A stretch of DNA of 64,000 nucleotides from positions 1 through 64,000 of the IMG/VR virus record IMGVR_UViG_3300036820_000012. The stretch is one strand, 5' to 3'. The DNA comes from a virus. Under the pieces are notes generated by a model. It made no database searches and was not told the origin of the DNA. It saw only the letters and a list, made by a program, of their open reading frames with translations. A program made the translations under genes and the position numbers. Positions 1 through 9,304 of this stretch are shown here, piece after piece (the stretch's first letter is position 1; every line of letters starts with the position of its first letter).

Positions 1-36
1 CGTAACCAACCATAGCAGAAGGGACAGCCAAGCCAC

Positions 37-357
37 ATGAGCATCTCAACGCAGCCACCTCTGGCACCAGACCTGGACTGGCCGCACCAGGACCCGTCGC
101 AGCATCCGTTCGACGACGGCGACACGGCCGGCCGCCACGAGCGCACCCACCGCCAGTCCAGCGAGGACACCGTCACCGGCCTTGACGGCTGGAAGAGGTT
201 CCGGGCCGCGAACTTCCGGTCGGCAGCCGAGTCCTGGACCGGGCAGGCCGCATGGCTGCGGGTCAATGGCGGGTCGGCGCAAGAGGTGGCTGCGGCTGAC
301 TTTCACGCCCAGCGGTTCGCGCGCCAGGCCGAGGTGTACGGGCGGAAGGCGTCATGA
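37..357 (+). CDS. hypothetical phage protein
   Basis: ORF with purine-rich RBS, ATGA overlap with next gene. Confidence 0.7.
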   Translation: MSISTQPPLAPDLDWPHQDPSQHPFDDGDTAGRHERTHRQSSEDTVTGLDGWKRFRAANFRSAAESWTGQAAWLRVNGGSAQEVAAADFHAQRFARQAEVYGRKAS

Positions 358-536
358 CCGACGTCAGGGCCGCCGCGCTGGCCATGCCGACAACCGCCGA
401 GTGGGCTGCGGTCACCAAAGCCGTGGACGCCCTGCGCGCCGACCTCGGCCGGATGCGCAAGGACTACCGCGAGCTCGAAAAGCGGGTGGCGTTAGTGGAG
501 CGCGAGCAGGACAGCGCCGAGGAGCCGACGCCATGA
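354..536 (+). CDS. small coiled-coil protein
   Basis: ATGA overlaps on both sides; heptad pattern. Confidence 0.7.
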   Translation: MTDVRAAALAMPTTAEWAAVTKAVDALRADLGRMRKDYRELEKRVALVEREQDSAEEPTP

Positions 537-1114
537 CCACGCCAAACGTGACCTCACCCAACGTCCGCATCCTCGTCCCGGAGGTTCCCTTGCCGGCCGA
601 CGCGCCGAAGTCCCAGACCCCGCTCGCCGAGGCAGCACTGGCCGAGCTGCTGCAAGGCGGACGGCTGGGCATCCGCGACATGCTCCGCCCGGTCAACGGC
701 GAGCAGGCCGAGTGGCCGTACCTGGACGTGCTACGCGCAGGGCTGGCGGCCATCGATGCCGATCACGCAGACGCGGAGAAGGCGGCAAAGGCCGAGGCGG
801 CGGGAGCGTTCACCGAAGCCGGCGAGCGGGAGAAGGAGCATCGCGAGACCCCGTGGTGGGACAAGACGCCGATGACGCCAAGCCCGGAAGCCCACCCCTA
901 CCCGGTGCCCGCTCCTGTCGCTGCGCCCGAACCTGAGCCAGCAGCAGACGAACCGGCTCCCGTGACGGACGCAACTGCCGTGCTCAAGGACATCGCCGCC
1001 GTGCAGGAAGCAGCGAAGGAGCCAGACGACGCCACGACGGTCATCGCGCTGGACAAGGCCGAGACCGAGGCCATGCCGACGGTACCGGCTGAGGACGCAG
1101 GTGAGCAGGCATGA
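533..1114 (+). CDS. hypothetical acidic Pro/Ala-rich protein
   Basis: ATG at 533 overlaps upstream stop; GAGGAG RBS. Confidence 0.7.
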   Translation: MTTPNVTSPNVRILVPEVPLPADAPKSQTPLAEAALAELLQGGRLGIRDMLRPVNGEQAEWPYLDVLRAGLAAIDADHADAEKAAKAEAAGAFTEAGEREKEHRETPWWDKTPMTPSPEAHPYPVPAPVAAPEPEPAADEPAPVTDATAVLKDIAAVQEAAKEPDDATTVIALDKAETEAMPTVPAEDAGEQA

Positions 1115-1494
1115 AGCTCCGGTGCGGGCGCAAGCAGCCCCAGAACCTCTACGTCCAGCAGGGCGACGAGGCCACCGACGAGGACCAGTACATCGGCGTC
1201 CTGTTCGACCCGGCACGTGCCGCAGTCCTCATCGACATCGTGAACGGCGAGCGCCCCCCGCTGCCGCAGGACACCGAGATCGAGAAGGCGTCCGGCAGCC
1301 TGCGCGCAATCCGCGGGCAGGCCCACCGCTACCTAGTGGCCCGCTACGGCGAGGACTACGTCTACGCCGTGCCGGAGACGTTCGAGAACACCCTGGAGCG
1401 GTGGATCTGGGCCGTAGCCGGTGATGCACCGTCCCTCGCTGAGAAGTGCATGAAGGCGATCGAGGAGCACGTTGGCGGTGAGGGCAATGGCTGA
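1111..1494 (+). CDS. hypothetical protein
   Basis: ATGA-coupled ORF, high GC3. Confidence 0.75.
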   Translation: MKLRCGRKQPQNLYVQQGDEATDEDQYIGVLFDPARAAVLIDIVNGERPPLPQDTEIEKASGSLRAIRGQAHRYLVARYGEDYVYAVPETFENTLERWIWAVAGDAPSLAEKCMKAIEEHVGGEGNG

Positions 1495-1795
1495 CGCACT
1501 CATCCTCGTCGGCGCCATCTCCGCCGCTGCCACGGTCCTTCTCGGCGGCATCGGCATCGGCTGGGAAGGCCACCGGCTGCTCAGCACGAACCGCTGCGGC
1601 TGCGGGCACACCTGGGGCTTCGCTGACTCCTTCGGCCGCTGCACTGGCAAGACCCGCATGCGCACCTACAGCTACGGCAGGCGCCTGGGCTGGAAGTGGG
1701 AGAACTGCGGCTGCCGCAAGCACGTGGCGCCAGGGATGAGCGCTCCTGACCTGTCCGGAAGCGAGCGGGCATTCGTGGAGGTGACTCAGCCGTGA
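1487..1795 (+). CDS. membrane-anchored Cys-rich protein
   Basis: N-terminal hydrophobic helix, CGCGH and CGC motifs. Confidence 0.7.
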   Translation: MADALILVGAISAAATVLLGGIGIGWEGHRLLSTNRCGCGHTWGFADSFGRCTGKTRMRTYSYGRRLGWKWENCGCRKHVAPGMSAPDLSGSERAFVEVTQP

Positions 1796-2154
1796 GCATC
1801 GCCACGTTGCCGAAGCCGCGCGTCGTCGAGATTCCGCGCCGCTCACCGATGAGCCGGGGGCTGCTGCTGGCATGGCTGGCCGAGCGGGAGATCGAGACGC
1901 CCGAGCTGGTTCCGCCAGCGATCGTGTCCGACACCCTCGCCGGGAACGCCGCCGAGTCGCTGACAGGGGAAGCGCTCGGGCAGGCATGGCAGCGCTACCT
2001 CGACTGCATCCGCGAGAAGCGGGACGCGAAGGACAGGCCCGTCACCTGGGCTGACCTTCCCAAAGGCATGACCGGGCTGGGGATGGCCCGGAGCAACGCA
2101 CAGGCCGCGCTGCACTTCCTGATTCACGGAACACACAACAACGGGGGCGATTGA
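1792..2154 (+). CDS. hypothetical protein
   Basis: GTGA-coupled ORF. Confidence 0.65.
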   Translation: MSIATLPKPRVVEIPRRSPMSRGLLLAWLAEREIETPELVPPAIVSDTLAGNAAESLTGEALGQAWQRYLDCIREKRDAKDRPVTWADLPKGMTGLGMARSNAQAALHFLIHGTHNNGGD

Positions 2155-2155
2155 C

Positions 2156-2968
2156 ATGGGGCTAAATGCAAAGCAGATAGAGCAGCTATTGCGGCCGGTG
2201 AACCCGAAGCGAGTCCAGAAGGACAACAGCGGGATGTCGCACCTGGCCGGCTACGACGTGTCCGCGCACCTGACGCGGATCTTCGGGTTCGGCGGGTGGG
2301 AGAAGCGCATCACGTCGCTGGAGCTCGTCAGCGAGCAGGGCAACGAGAAGAACGGGCGCACCGGCTGGTGGGTCACCTACGGCTGCCAGATGACCCTGAT
2401 AGTCAAGGACCCGGCCGGGAACGTGATCTGGTCCAACGATGACGGCGCGACCGGCTCCGCGAGCAACCTGCCGAGCAAAGGCGACGCGCACGACTTCGCG
2501 ATGAAGAACGCGATCACCTATGCGCTGAAGCGCTGCGCGAAGGATCTCGGCGACCAGTTCGGGCTGTCGCTCTACAACAAAGGCAGCCTTCAGCCGCTGA
2601 TCGTCCGCACCCTCGACGTGGAGAGCAAGGACGACGCCGACGTTGAGAACGAGATTCCCGGCGAGCTTCACCCCGACACCGATGATGCGGGGGTATCCGA
2701 GACTCCGGCCGGGAAGCCTGCCGACCGGCCGGCCCGCCAGCAGGGCGCCGACCCTGCACCTGAGGCTGACGAGTCGGTCATCGCCGACTGGGGCACCAAG
2801 ATCGACGGCATCACTTCCCGCGAGGACGCCGCCCTCGCCGACAAGGAGCTACGGGAGGTCTTCAAGAACGGCCGGATGGACGCGACGACCGCGAACGCCA
2901 TCCGGACCGCCATCAAGGGGAAGGTGGCCAGCCTCGGCGACCGCGAGATGGCGGGTGCATCGCGGTGA
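2156..2968 (+). CDS. Rad52/Rad22-family (Sak-like) single-strand annealing protein
   Basis: LTRIFGFGGW, A.KNA.TYALKRCA..LG.QFGLSLY motifs; adjacent exonuclease. Confidence 0.9.
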   Translation: MGLNAKQIEQLLRPVNPKRVQKDNSGMSHLAGYDVSAHLTRIFGFGGWEKRITSLELVSEQGNEKNGRTGWWVTYGCQMTLIVKDPAGNVIWSNDDGATGSASNLPSKGDAHDFAMKNAITYALKRCAKDLGDQFGLSLYNKGSLQPLIVRTLDVESKDDADVENEIPGELHPDTDDAGVSETPAGKPADRPARQQGADPAPEADESVIADWGTKIDGITSREDAALADKELREVFKNGRMDATTANAIRTAIKGKVASLGDREMAGASR

Positions 2969-3927
2969 GCTTCCTTGAGGAGGTGATCGGGCGAGTCCGC
3001 GAATACGACGCGGCGCGCCCGCGCTCCCTGCAAGCCAAGGTCGGCTGGTCGGAGGTGGGCGGCTGCCGCTCGCACCTCGCCTACCGGCTGGCGGGCACCG
3101 AAGCGACCGACGCCCCCGACTCGTGGGGCGCTGTCCGCGGTACGGCCATCCACGCCCTGCTGGAGGAGGTCATCACCGGGCCGGGCATCCTGACCGAGGT
3201 CGACACCGAGTACCGGGGCATCCCCGGTCACGCCGACGTGGTCCTGACCGACGCCAAAGCGGTCTGGGACTGGAAGACGAGCCGACTCGCCAGCATCCGG
3301 CTGTGGAAGTCCAGCCCGGCCGTGCTGCGGCAGAAGCGGATCCAGGTCCACGGCTACGCCGCCGGCCTGGTGGACACCGGGACGCTCCCCGAAGACTGCA
3401 CGGTCGGCCTGGTGGCGATCCCGGTCGACGGCACGTTCGCCGACTGGTGGGCGCACGAGGAGCCGTTCGACCGCTCGCTCGCCGACGAGGGCGCCGACCG
3501 CCTCGAGTGGGTCCGCGACCGGATGGCGGCCGGTGACGCGCTGCCGAAGGACATGCCGCTGTCGTTCTGCACCTCGTGGTGCGAGTTCGCCAGCCTGTGC
3601 CGGGGCGCCGAGGAGCAGGACGCAGCCGAGGCCATCACCGACCCCGAGCTCGTGTCCGCGATCGGCGCCTACGGGAACCTGGCGCAGCGCATCAGCGGCC
3701 TCTACAAGGAGAAGGACAGCCTCGCCGACATGATCCGCGGCCTCCGCGGCGTGGCGGGGGACTGGCGCATCAGCCTGAGCAGGCCCGGCGACCCGAAGAC
3801 CGTCATCGACGAGGAGTGGGTACGCGCCGAGTACGCATCGCGCGGCGAGGACGTCCCCGAGGTCAGCGTTCCCGGTGCCGCGCCTCGGCTGAACGTGACG
3901 CGCGTGCGGAAGGCGGCTGCGAAATGA
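2965..3927 (+). CDS. Cas4-like PD-(D/E)xK exonuclease
   Basis: SEVGGCR, GTAIH, GHAD..DWKT, Q..GYA, C-terminal CxxWCxxxxxC cysteines. Confidence 0.88.
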   Translation: MSFLEEVIGRVREYDAARPRSLQAKVGWSEVGGCRSHLAYRLAGTEATDAPDSWGAVRGTAIHALLEEVITGPGILTEVDTEYRGIPGHADVVLTDAKAVWDWKTSRLASIRLWKSSPAVLRQKRIQVHGYAAGLVDTGTLPEDCTVGLVAIPVDGTFADWWAHEEPFDRSLADEGADRLEWVRDRMAAGDALPKDMPLSFCTSWCEFASLCRGAEEQDAAEAITDPELVSAIGAYGNLAQRISGLYKEKDSLADMIRGLRGVAGDWRISLSRPGDPKTVIDEEWVRAEYASRGEDVPEVSVPGAAPRLNVTRVRKAAAK

Positions 3928-4304
3928 CCGCCGAGACCCTGACCCCGGTTGAGGTCGAATCGAAGTTGCGAGCCCTGGTGAACGACCTCGGCCGCGCCCG
4001 GATCACGCTCGCGCAGGCCCGCAACCTTGAGGTCGACGCCAAGCACGCCTGGGAGCGGGCACGTCGCCGCGCCATCCTCGGCGAGCAGTCCCCGAAGGTC
4101 ACCAGGGGCGGCTACACAACGGCCGACCGGGACGCCTGGGTTGATGACCAGGTCAGCGACCTGCGGTTCGACTACGACAAGTCCACCGTCACCAGGGAAG
4201 CCGCGCAGGATCACCTGCGGGTCCTGATGGCGCAGGCCGAGGTGGTCCGCTCCCTCGGCGCTTCCGTAAGGCAAGCGTTTGACCTCGCCGGGCGGGCCGA
4301 CTGA
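3924..4304 (+). CDS. helical coiled-coil protein of recombination module
   Basis: ATG at 3924 overlaps exonuclease stop. Confidence 0.7.
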   Translation: MTAETLTPVEVESKLRALVNDLGRARITLAQARNLEVDAKHAWERARRRAILGEQSPKVTRGGYTTADRDAWVDDQVSDLRFDYDKSTVTREAAQDHLRVLMAQAEVVRSLGASVRQAFDLAGRAD

Positions 4305-5050
4305 TGCGGCGCACCGAACTCAAGGCCCGCACCTCACTGCGCCGCAAGCCTCCGCTCCGGACACGTGCCGCAGGCATGTTCGGCCCCGGGACGTCACTCA
4401 AGCGTTCCCCGCCAAGGCACGCCAAGCGCAAGGACACCGGGTTCAGCGCCGCCGTCAAGCTCGCCGTCAGGACCCGCGCAGGGGATGGCGACCCGGACGA
4501 GGCGCGCTGTGAGGCAACCGGCGTCTGGCTCGGCCGCTACGGCGGGGAGATCCAGCACCGGGTAGCGCGGCTGTCCGGGGGGCGTGGCCCCAAGGCGCCC
4601 TGGTGGTTCCACACAGCCGCCAATGCCGCGGTGCTGTCCAAGGACGCGCACCGCCGCGCCGAGGCCGGGGACCGCCATCTCATCGCCGCGGGGTTCGCCC
4701 TGGACAGCACCGCGGACGCCACGGCCGAGCCCATCATGCTGGCCGACGCGAACGACGGCGGGGGCGTCACGGTGTGGCTCACGCCGAACGGTCACTACTC
4801 GCCTGAGCCGCCGAGGGGTGCCCCCGTGATCATCAAGGTCAGGCGCGGCTCGGTCACCACGACCGCCGTCAAGACGCGGGCCTGCATCGCCTGCGGTACC
4901 CGGCTGCGGCAGGAGCGCCCGTTCTGGCTGCCCTGCCTCGGCCGGCCTGACGAGACGCTGGCCGAGCTGCGGACGCTCGTGCGGATCTGGCTGGAGCGGC
5001 CGGAGCAGTGCAGGCGCTGCCCTGAGCCGCGGCCTGTGAGGGCGCCGTGA
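4304..5050 (+). CDS. degenerate HNH-like protein, read in frame into a CxxC Zn-binding ORF starting at GTG 4826
   Basis: CEATG...QHR..R.SGG...N...L....H pattern; second domain CIACG...CRRC. Confidence 0.6.
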   Translation: MRRTELKARTSLRRKPPLRTRAAGMFGPGTSLKRSPPRHAKRKDTGFSAAVKLAVRTRAGDGDPDEARCEATGVWLGRYGGEIQHRVARLSGGRGPKAPWWFHTAANAAVLSKDAHRRAEAGDRHLIAAGFALDSTADATAEPIMLADANDGGGVTVWLTPNGHYSPEPPRGAPVIIKVRRGSVTTTAVKTRACIACGTRLRQERPFWLPCLGRPDETLAELRTLVRIWLERPEQCRRCPEPRPVRAP

Positions 5051-5889
5051 AGCCGCCATTCACGTACTTCGGCGGCAAGACCGCAATGGCCGAGCAGATA
5101 GCCGGACTCCTGCCGCCGCATGAGCACTACGTGGAGCCGTTCGCGGGAAGCCTCGCGGTGCTGCTGGCCAAGCCGCTCTCGCCGATGGAGACGGTCAATG
5201 ACCTCGACGGCCACCTGATGACCTTCTGGCGCGTGCTGCGCGAGCGCCCGGGCGACCTGGAGCGCGTGTGTGCGCTGACGCCGCACAGTCGCGCCGAGTA
5301 CTGGGCGTGCTATGAGCCAGCCGAGGACGAACTTGAGATTGCGCGCCGCATATGGGTGAACCTCACCCAAGGGCGCGGCGGGCAGATGCGGCGCACCGGC
5401 TGGCGCTTCTACCAGAACGGACGCTCCGGCGGCGCGTCGATGCCCGAGTACCTGGCCGCATACTGCGGCCGAATCGCCCCGGCCGCCGCCCGGCTGTCAC
5501 ACGTCACTCTCGAATGCAAGCCTGCACTGGAACTCATCGGCGCGTATGGCACTTACCCCGGGACGCTGATCTACGCAGACCCGCCGTACCTCGGCACGCT
5601 GCGGAACCGGACCAAGACCGGGCGCAGCCGCGGGCCTGCCTACACCTGCGACCTGCGCTCCGACGACGAGCACGGCGAACTGCTGGAGGCGCTGCTCGAC
5701 TGCCGCGCCGCGGTGGTGCTGTCCGGCTACGCCTCGCCGCTCTACGACGACCTGCTCTGCACATGGTCGCGCCGCGAGTTCGCCACGCAGACCGGCAACG
5801 GCGGCAGCGACCGGGAGCGCACCGAGGTCATCTGGTCCAACCGGCCGTTCCCGTTCGAGCAGCCCGACCTGTTCGAGGTGACCGCATGA
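5047..5889 (+). CDS. DNA adenine methyltransferase (Dam/D12 class), orphan
   Basis: YFGGK, EPFAGS, NDLDG, YADPPY motifs. Confidence 0.95.
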   Translation: MKPPFTYFGGKTAMAEQIAGLLPPHEHYVEPFAGSLAVLLAKPLSPMETVNDLDGHLMTFWRVLRERPGDLERVCALTPHSRAEYWACYEPAEDELEIARRIWVNLTQGRGGQMRRTGWRFYQNGRSGGASMPEYLAAYCGRIAPAAARLSHVTLECKPALELIGAYGTYPGTLIYADPPYLGTLRNRTKTGRSRGPAYTCDLRSDDEHGELLEALLDCRAAVVLSGYASPLYDDLLCTWSRREFATQTGNGGSDRERTEVIWSNRPFPFEQPDLFEVTA

Positions 5890-6212
5890 CCACCGCCTAC
5901 ATCGTCCTGGCTGCCATCCTCGCCGTCTGCAGCGCGGCGATGGTCTGGGGACTCTGGGAGATCGAGGTGTACCTCGTGCGCGCCGCTGGGCGCCTCCTGT
6001 GGCGCTTCTGCTGCCACATGCTGACCGAGTCCGAGCGCGAGCCCATGACGGCTCCGGAACTGCTGCGCCACCCGGCGGTGAAAGGCGCGATGGCCGGCAC
6101 TGTGCCCGCCGACGGCCAGCCTCTCAGCGCCGAAGAGGAGCGGATCCTCGGCCGCATCGAGATGGACGCGCTCATCGGCATTCCCGAGCCGACAGACGGG
6201 AGCGACCGGTGA
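5886..6212 (+). CDS. membrane protein
   Basis: ATG 5886 overlaps MTase stop; N-terminal TM helix. Confidence 0.7.
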   Translation: MTTAYIVLAAILAVCSAAMVWGLWEIEVYLVRAAGRLLWRFCCHMLTESEREPMTAPELLRHPAVKGAMAGTVPADGQPLSAEEERILGRIEMDALIGIPEPTDGSDR

Positions 6213-6411
6213 CCAACGGGGCGAACGCCTGGACCGAGCGCCTGCTCACCCCGCAGCAGGCCGGAAGGATTCTGCGCCTGTCCCCGATCACGCTGGCCAA
6301 GCGCGCCGACGAGGGGCGCCTTGAGTGCAGGCGCACGGCCGGCGGTCATCGCAGGTACCCCGAAAGCGCCGTGAACGCGGCTGCCGCCGAAGGGGACGGG
6401 GCGGCCGGTGA
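6209..6411 (+). CDS. MerR/BldC-like (excisionase-type) HTH protein; frame stays open to 7102 as sequenced
   Basis: LLTPQQAGRILRLSPITLAKRADEGRL...TAGGHRRY. Confidence 0.75.
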
Positions 6412-6611
6412 TCTCGTCAGCCGCGCGCTTCGCCATCGAGCGCAGCAAACGCCGGGCCGAATACGCCCACATGCTCGTCGCCGGGGTGCTGGTGATGCTC
6501 GAGGAAGACATCGCCGACCTGGGCAAAGCCCTCGCATCCGAGGACGCGGTGCGGACCCTGTCGGCAGACAGCCGCCGGGGTGTACCTCAGCAGCGGAAAG
6601 GCGGCGGGTGA
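6408..6611 (+). CDS. hypothetical protein
   Basis: GTG start after G-rich RBS; protein-like composition. Confidence 0.55.
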   Translation: MISSAARFAIERSKRRAEYAHMLVAGVLVMLEEDIADLGKALASEDAVRTLSADSRRGVPQQRKGGG

Positions 6612-7102
6612 TGGCCGAGGCGGCGATGTGCCTGACCGTGGATGAACTGCTCAGGGCAGCCCGCAGGCTGCGGCGCCCTCCCGCACCGCGCGTGACCATG
6701 CGTGACGACAGCCTGCCGCACCAGATCGTCATCTTCCTCGCTGAGAACGACCTTGCCGTCTCCTGCAACTGCATGCGCCGCAACGGCAGGCACGCCACGC
6801 CGTTCGCCGCACGTACCCGCTGGGAGCCACACGAGCCCATCGCACTCTGGCGGGCGCACATGCGCTCCCTGGCCTTCACCGGGGCCATCCCCGCATTCAC
6901 CCAAGACCCCGCTGCTGGCCACCCTTCCCCGGCCAACGCAGCGGCGGAAAGGCCCCCCGCTGCCCCCGTGGCGGGTGCGGGCCACCGCTCCCCCCTGCCG
7001 TCCGATCGGGGGTCGGCAGGGGGGAGCCCTAAGAGCCCGGGGATGCGCGTCGGAGGGGAACCTTCGCGCATCCCTGGTTCCACATCGGGAGGACCGCGGT
7101 GA
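6611..7102 (+). CDS. hypothetical Cys/His-containing protein
   Basis: ATG overlapping upstream stop; CNC...H; low-complexity tail. Confidence 0.5.
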   Translation: MAEAAMCLTVDELLRAARRLRRPPAPRVTMRDDSLPHQIVIFLAENDLAVSCNCMRRNGRHATPFAARTRWEPHEPIALWRAHMRSLAFTGAIPAFTQDPAAGHPSPANAAAERPPAAPVAGAGHRSPLPSDRGSAGGSPKSPGMRVGGEPSRIPGSTSGGPR

Positions 7103-7434
7103 GCGCGAACCCCGTCGCCGACGCGATGAGCGAGAACGAGCTCGAGGAGAACATCCGCGCGCTCTGCGCAGACCTCGGCATCTTGCGCTTCCACGTCAAG
7201 GACAGCCGCGGTACGAACGCCGGCCTTCCTGACGACATCCTCATCGGCCCCGGTGGCGTGCTGTGGCGCGAGTGCAAGACCCAGAAGGGGCAGCTGACAA
7301 AGGCCCAGTGGGCAGCGGCGAACGCTCTCAACCTCGCTGGCCAGGACTGGAATACGTGGCGCCCGGCCGACTTGCTCTCGGGGCAGATCGCGCGGGAACT
7401 GGCAGCGCTTGCCGGGCTGGTGAGAGCGACGTGA
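7099..7434 (+). CDS. VRR-NUC domain nuclease (Holliday junction resolvase-like)
   Basis: E..LE..I...C...G, GLPD, WRECKT..G.L...Q. Confidence 0.9.
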   Translation: MSANPVADAMSENELEENIRALCADLGILRFHVKDSRGTNAGLPDDILIGPGGVLWRECKTQKGQLTKAQWAAANALNLAGQDWNTWRPADLLSGQIARELAALAGLVRAT

Positions 7435-8090
7435 GGCCGCTATTGCTCGATTTGTTCTCGGGCGCGGGTGGTGCGGCGCGCGGCTACCAGCTTGCCGGGT
7501 TCCACGTCACAGGCGTCGACCTCAGCCCGCAGCCGAACTACTGCGGCGATGAGTTCATCCAGGCGGATGCCACCACCTTCCCGTTGGAAGGCTTCAGCGC
7601 AGTTCACGCTTCCCCCCCATGCCAGGACCACTCCGGCCTGCGGCACCCGCTGGCAGGCTCGCACGGCACCGGCTGGATGCTCGCGGCCACCCGGGAACGG
7701 CTCCGGGCGCAGCGGGCACCATGGGTGCTCGAGAACGTGCTCGGCTCCGGCCTCGCCGAGCAGGACGACCTGCTGGGCACCCGCGGCCTGCTGCTGTGCG
7801 GTGCGATGTTCGGATTGCCGCTGTACCGGCACCGGCTGTTCGAGACCAGCTTTCCGGTAGGGGCACCGCATCACCCGCGGCATCTTGTACCGGCTAGCAA
7901 GGCGGGCCACTGGAAGCCGGGGACGGTCATCTCTGTCGCCGGCAACTGCGCGCCGATCGAACTCGCCCGTCACGCCATGGGCGACGTGGACTGGATGACA
8001 CGGGACGAGCTCGCCGAGTCGATCCCGCCAGCGTTCGCCGAGTACATCGGCACCAGCCTGCTCGAGCACCTCCGGCAGCGTGCAGCGTGA
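7431..8090 (+). CDS. DNA cytosine-C5 methyltransferase, orphan
   Basis: LDLFSGAGG, SPPCQ, ENV, R.R motifs. Confidence 0.92.
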   Translation: MRPLLLDLFSGAGGAARGYQLAGFHVTGVDLSPQPNYCGDEFIQADATTFPLEGFSAVHASPPCQDHSGLRHPLAGSHGTGWMLAATRERLRAQRAPWVLENVLGSGLAEQDDLLGTRGLLLCGAMFGLPLYRHRLFETSFPVGAPHHPRHLVPASKAGHWKPGTVISVAGNCAPIELARHAMGDVDWMTRDELAESIPPAFAEYIGTSLLEHLRQRAA

Positions 8091-8389
8091 GTACCCGCCG
8101 CAAGTCCATGGCCTCCCGTGCCGCAGAGATGAACCTCGCCCCAGCCAAACCACCGCTCGCTGGCTTCTGGGACGACGGGGCTGTGCTGGCTATGCCCGTG
8201 ACTGACCGGGATGCAGAGCGGGCCGGGAAAGCAGAGCGCAGGCAGCAGAAAGACGCGGCGAGGGGAGTGGCCCGCTGGTCGATGCTCGCCGCCCACGGCT
8301 GTACGGGGAAGCGGTGCCGGTCACCTCAGCACGCAGCGGCACGGGAAGTGCGGAATGAGCTGCTGGACGCGCTGGGGGTCGGGCAGTGA
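8087..8389 (+). CDS. hypothetical protein
   Basis: GTGA-coupled ORF. Confidence 0.6.
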   Translation: MSTRRKSMASRAAEMNLAPAKPPLAGFWDDGAVLAMPVTDRDAERAGKAERRQQKDAARGVARWSMLAAHGCTGKRCRSPQHAAAREVRNELLDALGVGQ

Positions 8390-8391
8390 GG

Positions 8392-8628
8392 TCAGGACTG
8401 CGCGGTCTTGCGCTTGGCTTCCTTCACGGCGTCGGCGGTGACCCGGCTGATAGTCGCGCGGTCGTAGAACTTGCCGATCGCGGCCTCGAGGTCGGCCAGC
8501 TTGAGGGCCGGATTCTCGCGGCGCACCTCAACCAGCAGTTCCTTGATCCGGCCCGTGTGGCGCTGGAGGGCGGCGTCAGCCCGGCGCGCTGCCTTGACTT
8601 CGGCGAGCAGTTCGTTCATCGCGTCCAC
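8392..8628 (-). CDS. small putative HTH DNA-binding protein, antisense to early operon
   Basis: LADLEAAIGKFYDRATISRVT HTH-like segment; basic tail. Confidence 0.65.
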   Translation of the reverse strand: MDAMNELLAEVKAARRADAALQRHTGRIKELLVEVRRENPALKLADLEAAIGKFYDRATISRVTADAVKEAKRKTAQS

Positions 8629-8642
8629 CTCCCCATGATCGG

Positions 8643-8680
8643 TGATCTCGGGTCACGAACTCAAGTCATGACCGAGATCA
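8643..8680. promoter_or_regulatory. imperfect inverted repeat in divergent promoter region
   Basis: TGATCTCGGGTCACGA...TCATGACCGAGATCA; TAGGAT -10-like hexamer near 8736. Confidence 0.45.
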
Positions 8681-8797
8681 GCGTACCACGAAAACCCGAT
8701 GTCGTGACCCACTCGCATCATCTCGCTTGATGATGTAGGATCATGACTCGCAGTAGTAATCGCAGGCTCCGGTTGGGATAGCGGATGGCGGGGATCA

Positions 8798-9304
8798 GTG
8801 GCGAAACCAGAGGCGCGCGGCAGCATCCCAGGGTGCAGCGATGAGCGCTGGACGGCAATCGCTGACGGCAAGGCCGAGCCCACGCCTGCCGAAATCGCCA
8901 TCCTCCTGGCAGTCAGCGCCGAGCGCGATCTCTGCGAGAAGCGGATCGATGCCGCGTGGCGTGCCGGGTTCGGCCGGGGCCGCGCATGCGGCCGGCGCGA
9001 GGGCTACATCCACGCCGACGCCGAGCGGGCTGCTGAATGGCAGACGACCCAGGCCCTGCTCATTGGCGCTACCGAGTCCGTTCTCAATCCCGATGGCATC
9101 GCGCTGCGCAACGTCCGGGGGGCCGTTGCTGCGGAACGGCGCGATGCCGCCGAGCGTGAGCGTGTGTTCGTGGCCAAGGCTTACGCCACCGCGGACAAGG
9201 ACCGCAGCGACGCGCAGCGCGCCGCCGTGCGGTCCTACCCGCCGCCATCCCAGGAGTGCAAGCCTGCCCGTGGTCGTCATCTTCGGGCGGTGGCCAATGA
9301 CTGA
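8798..9304 (+). CDS. hypothetical protein
   Basis: ORF overlapping helicase start. Confidence 0.65.
   Translation: MAKPEARGSIPGCSDERWTAIADGKAEPTPAEIAILLAVSAERDLCEKRIDAAWRAGFGRGRACGRREGYIHADAERAAEWQTTQALLIGATESVLNPDGIALRNVRGAVAAERRDAAERERVFVAKAYATADKDRSDAQRAAVRSYPPPSQECKPARGRHLRAVAND

Noticed and set aside
2965-3927. Cas4-like gene as sign of a CRISPR system
   Set aside because: No repeat-spacer array or other cas genes; it pairs with the Rad52-like annealase as a standard phage recombination module
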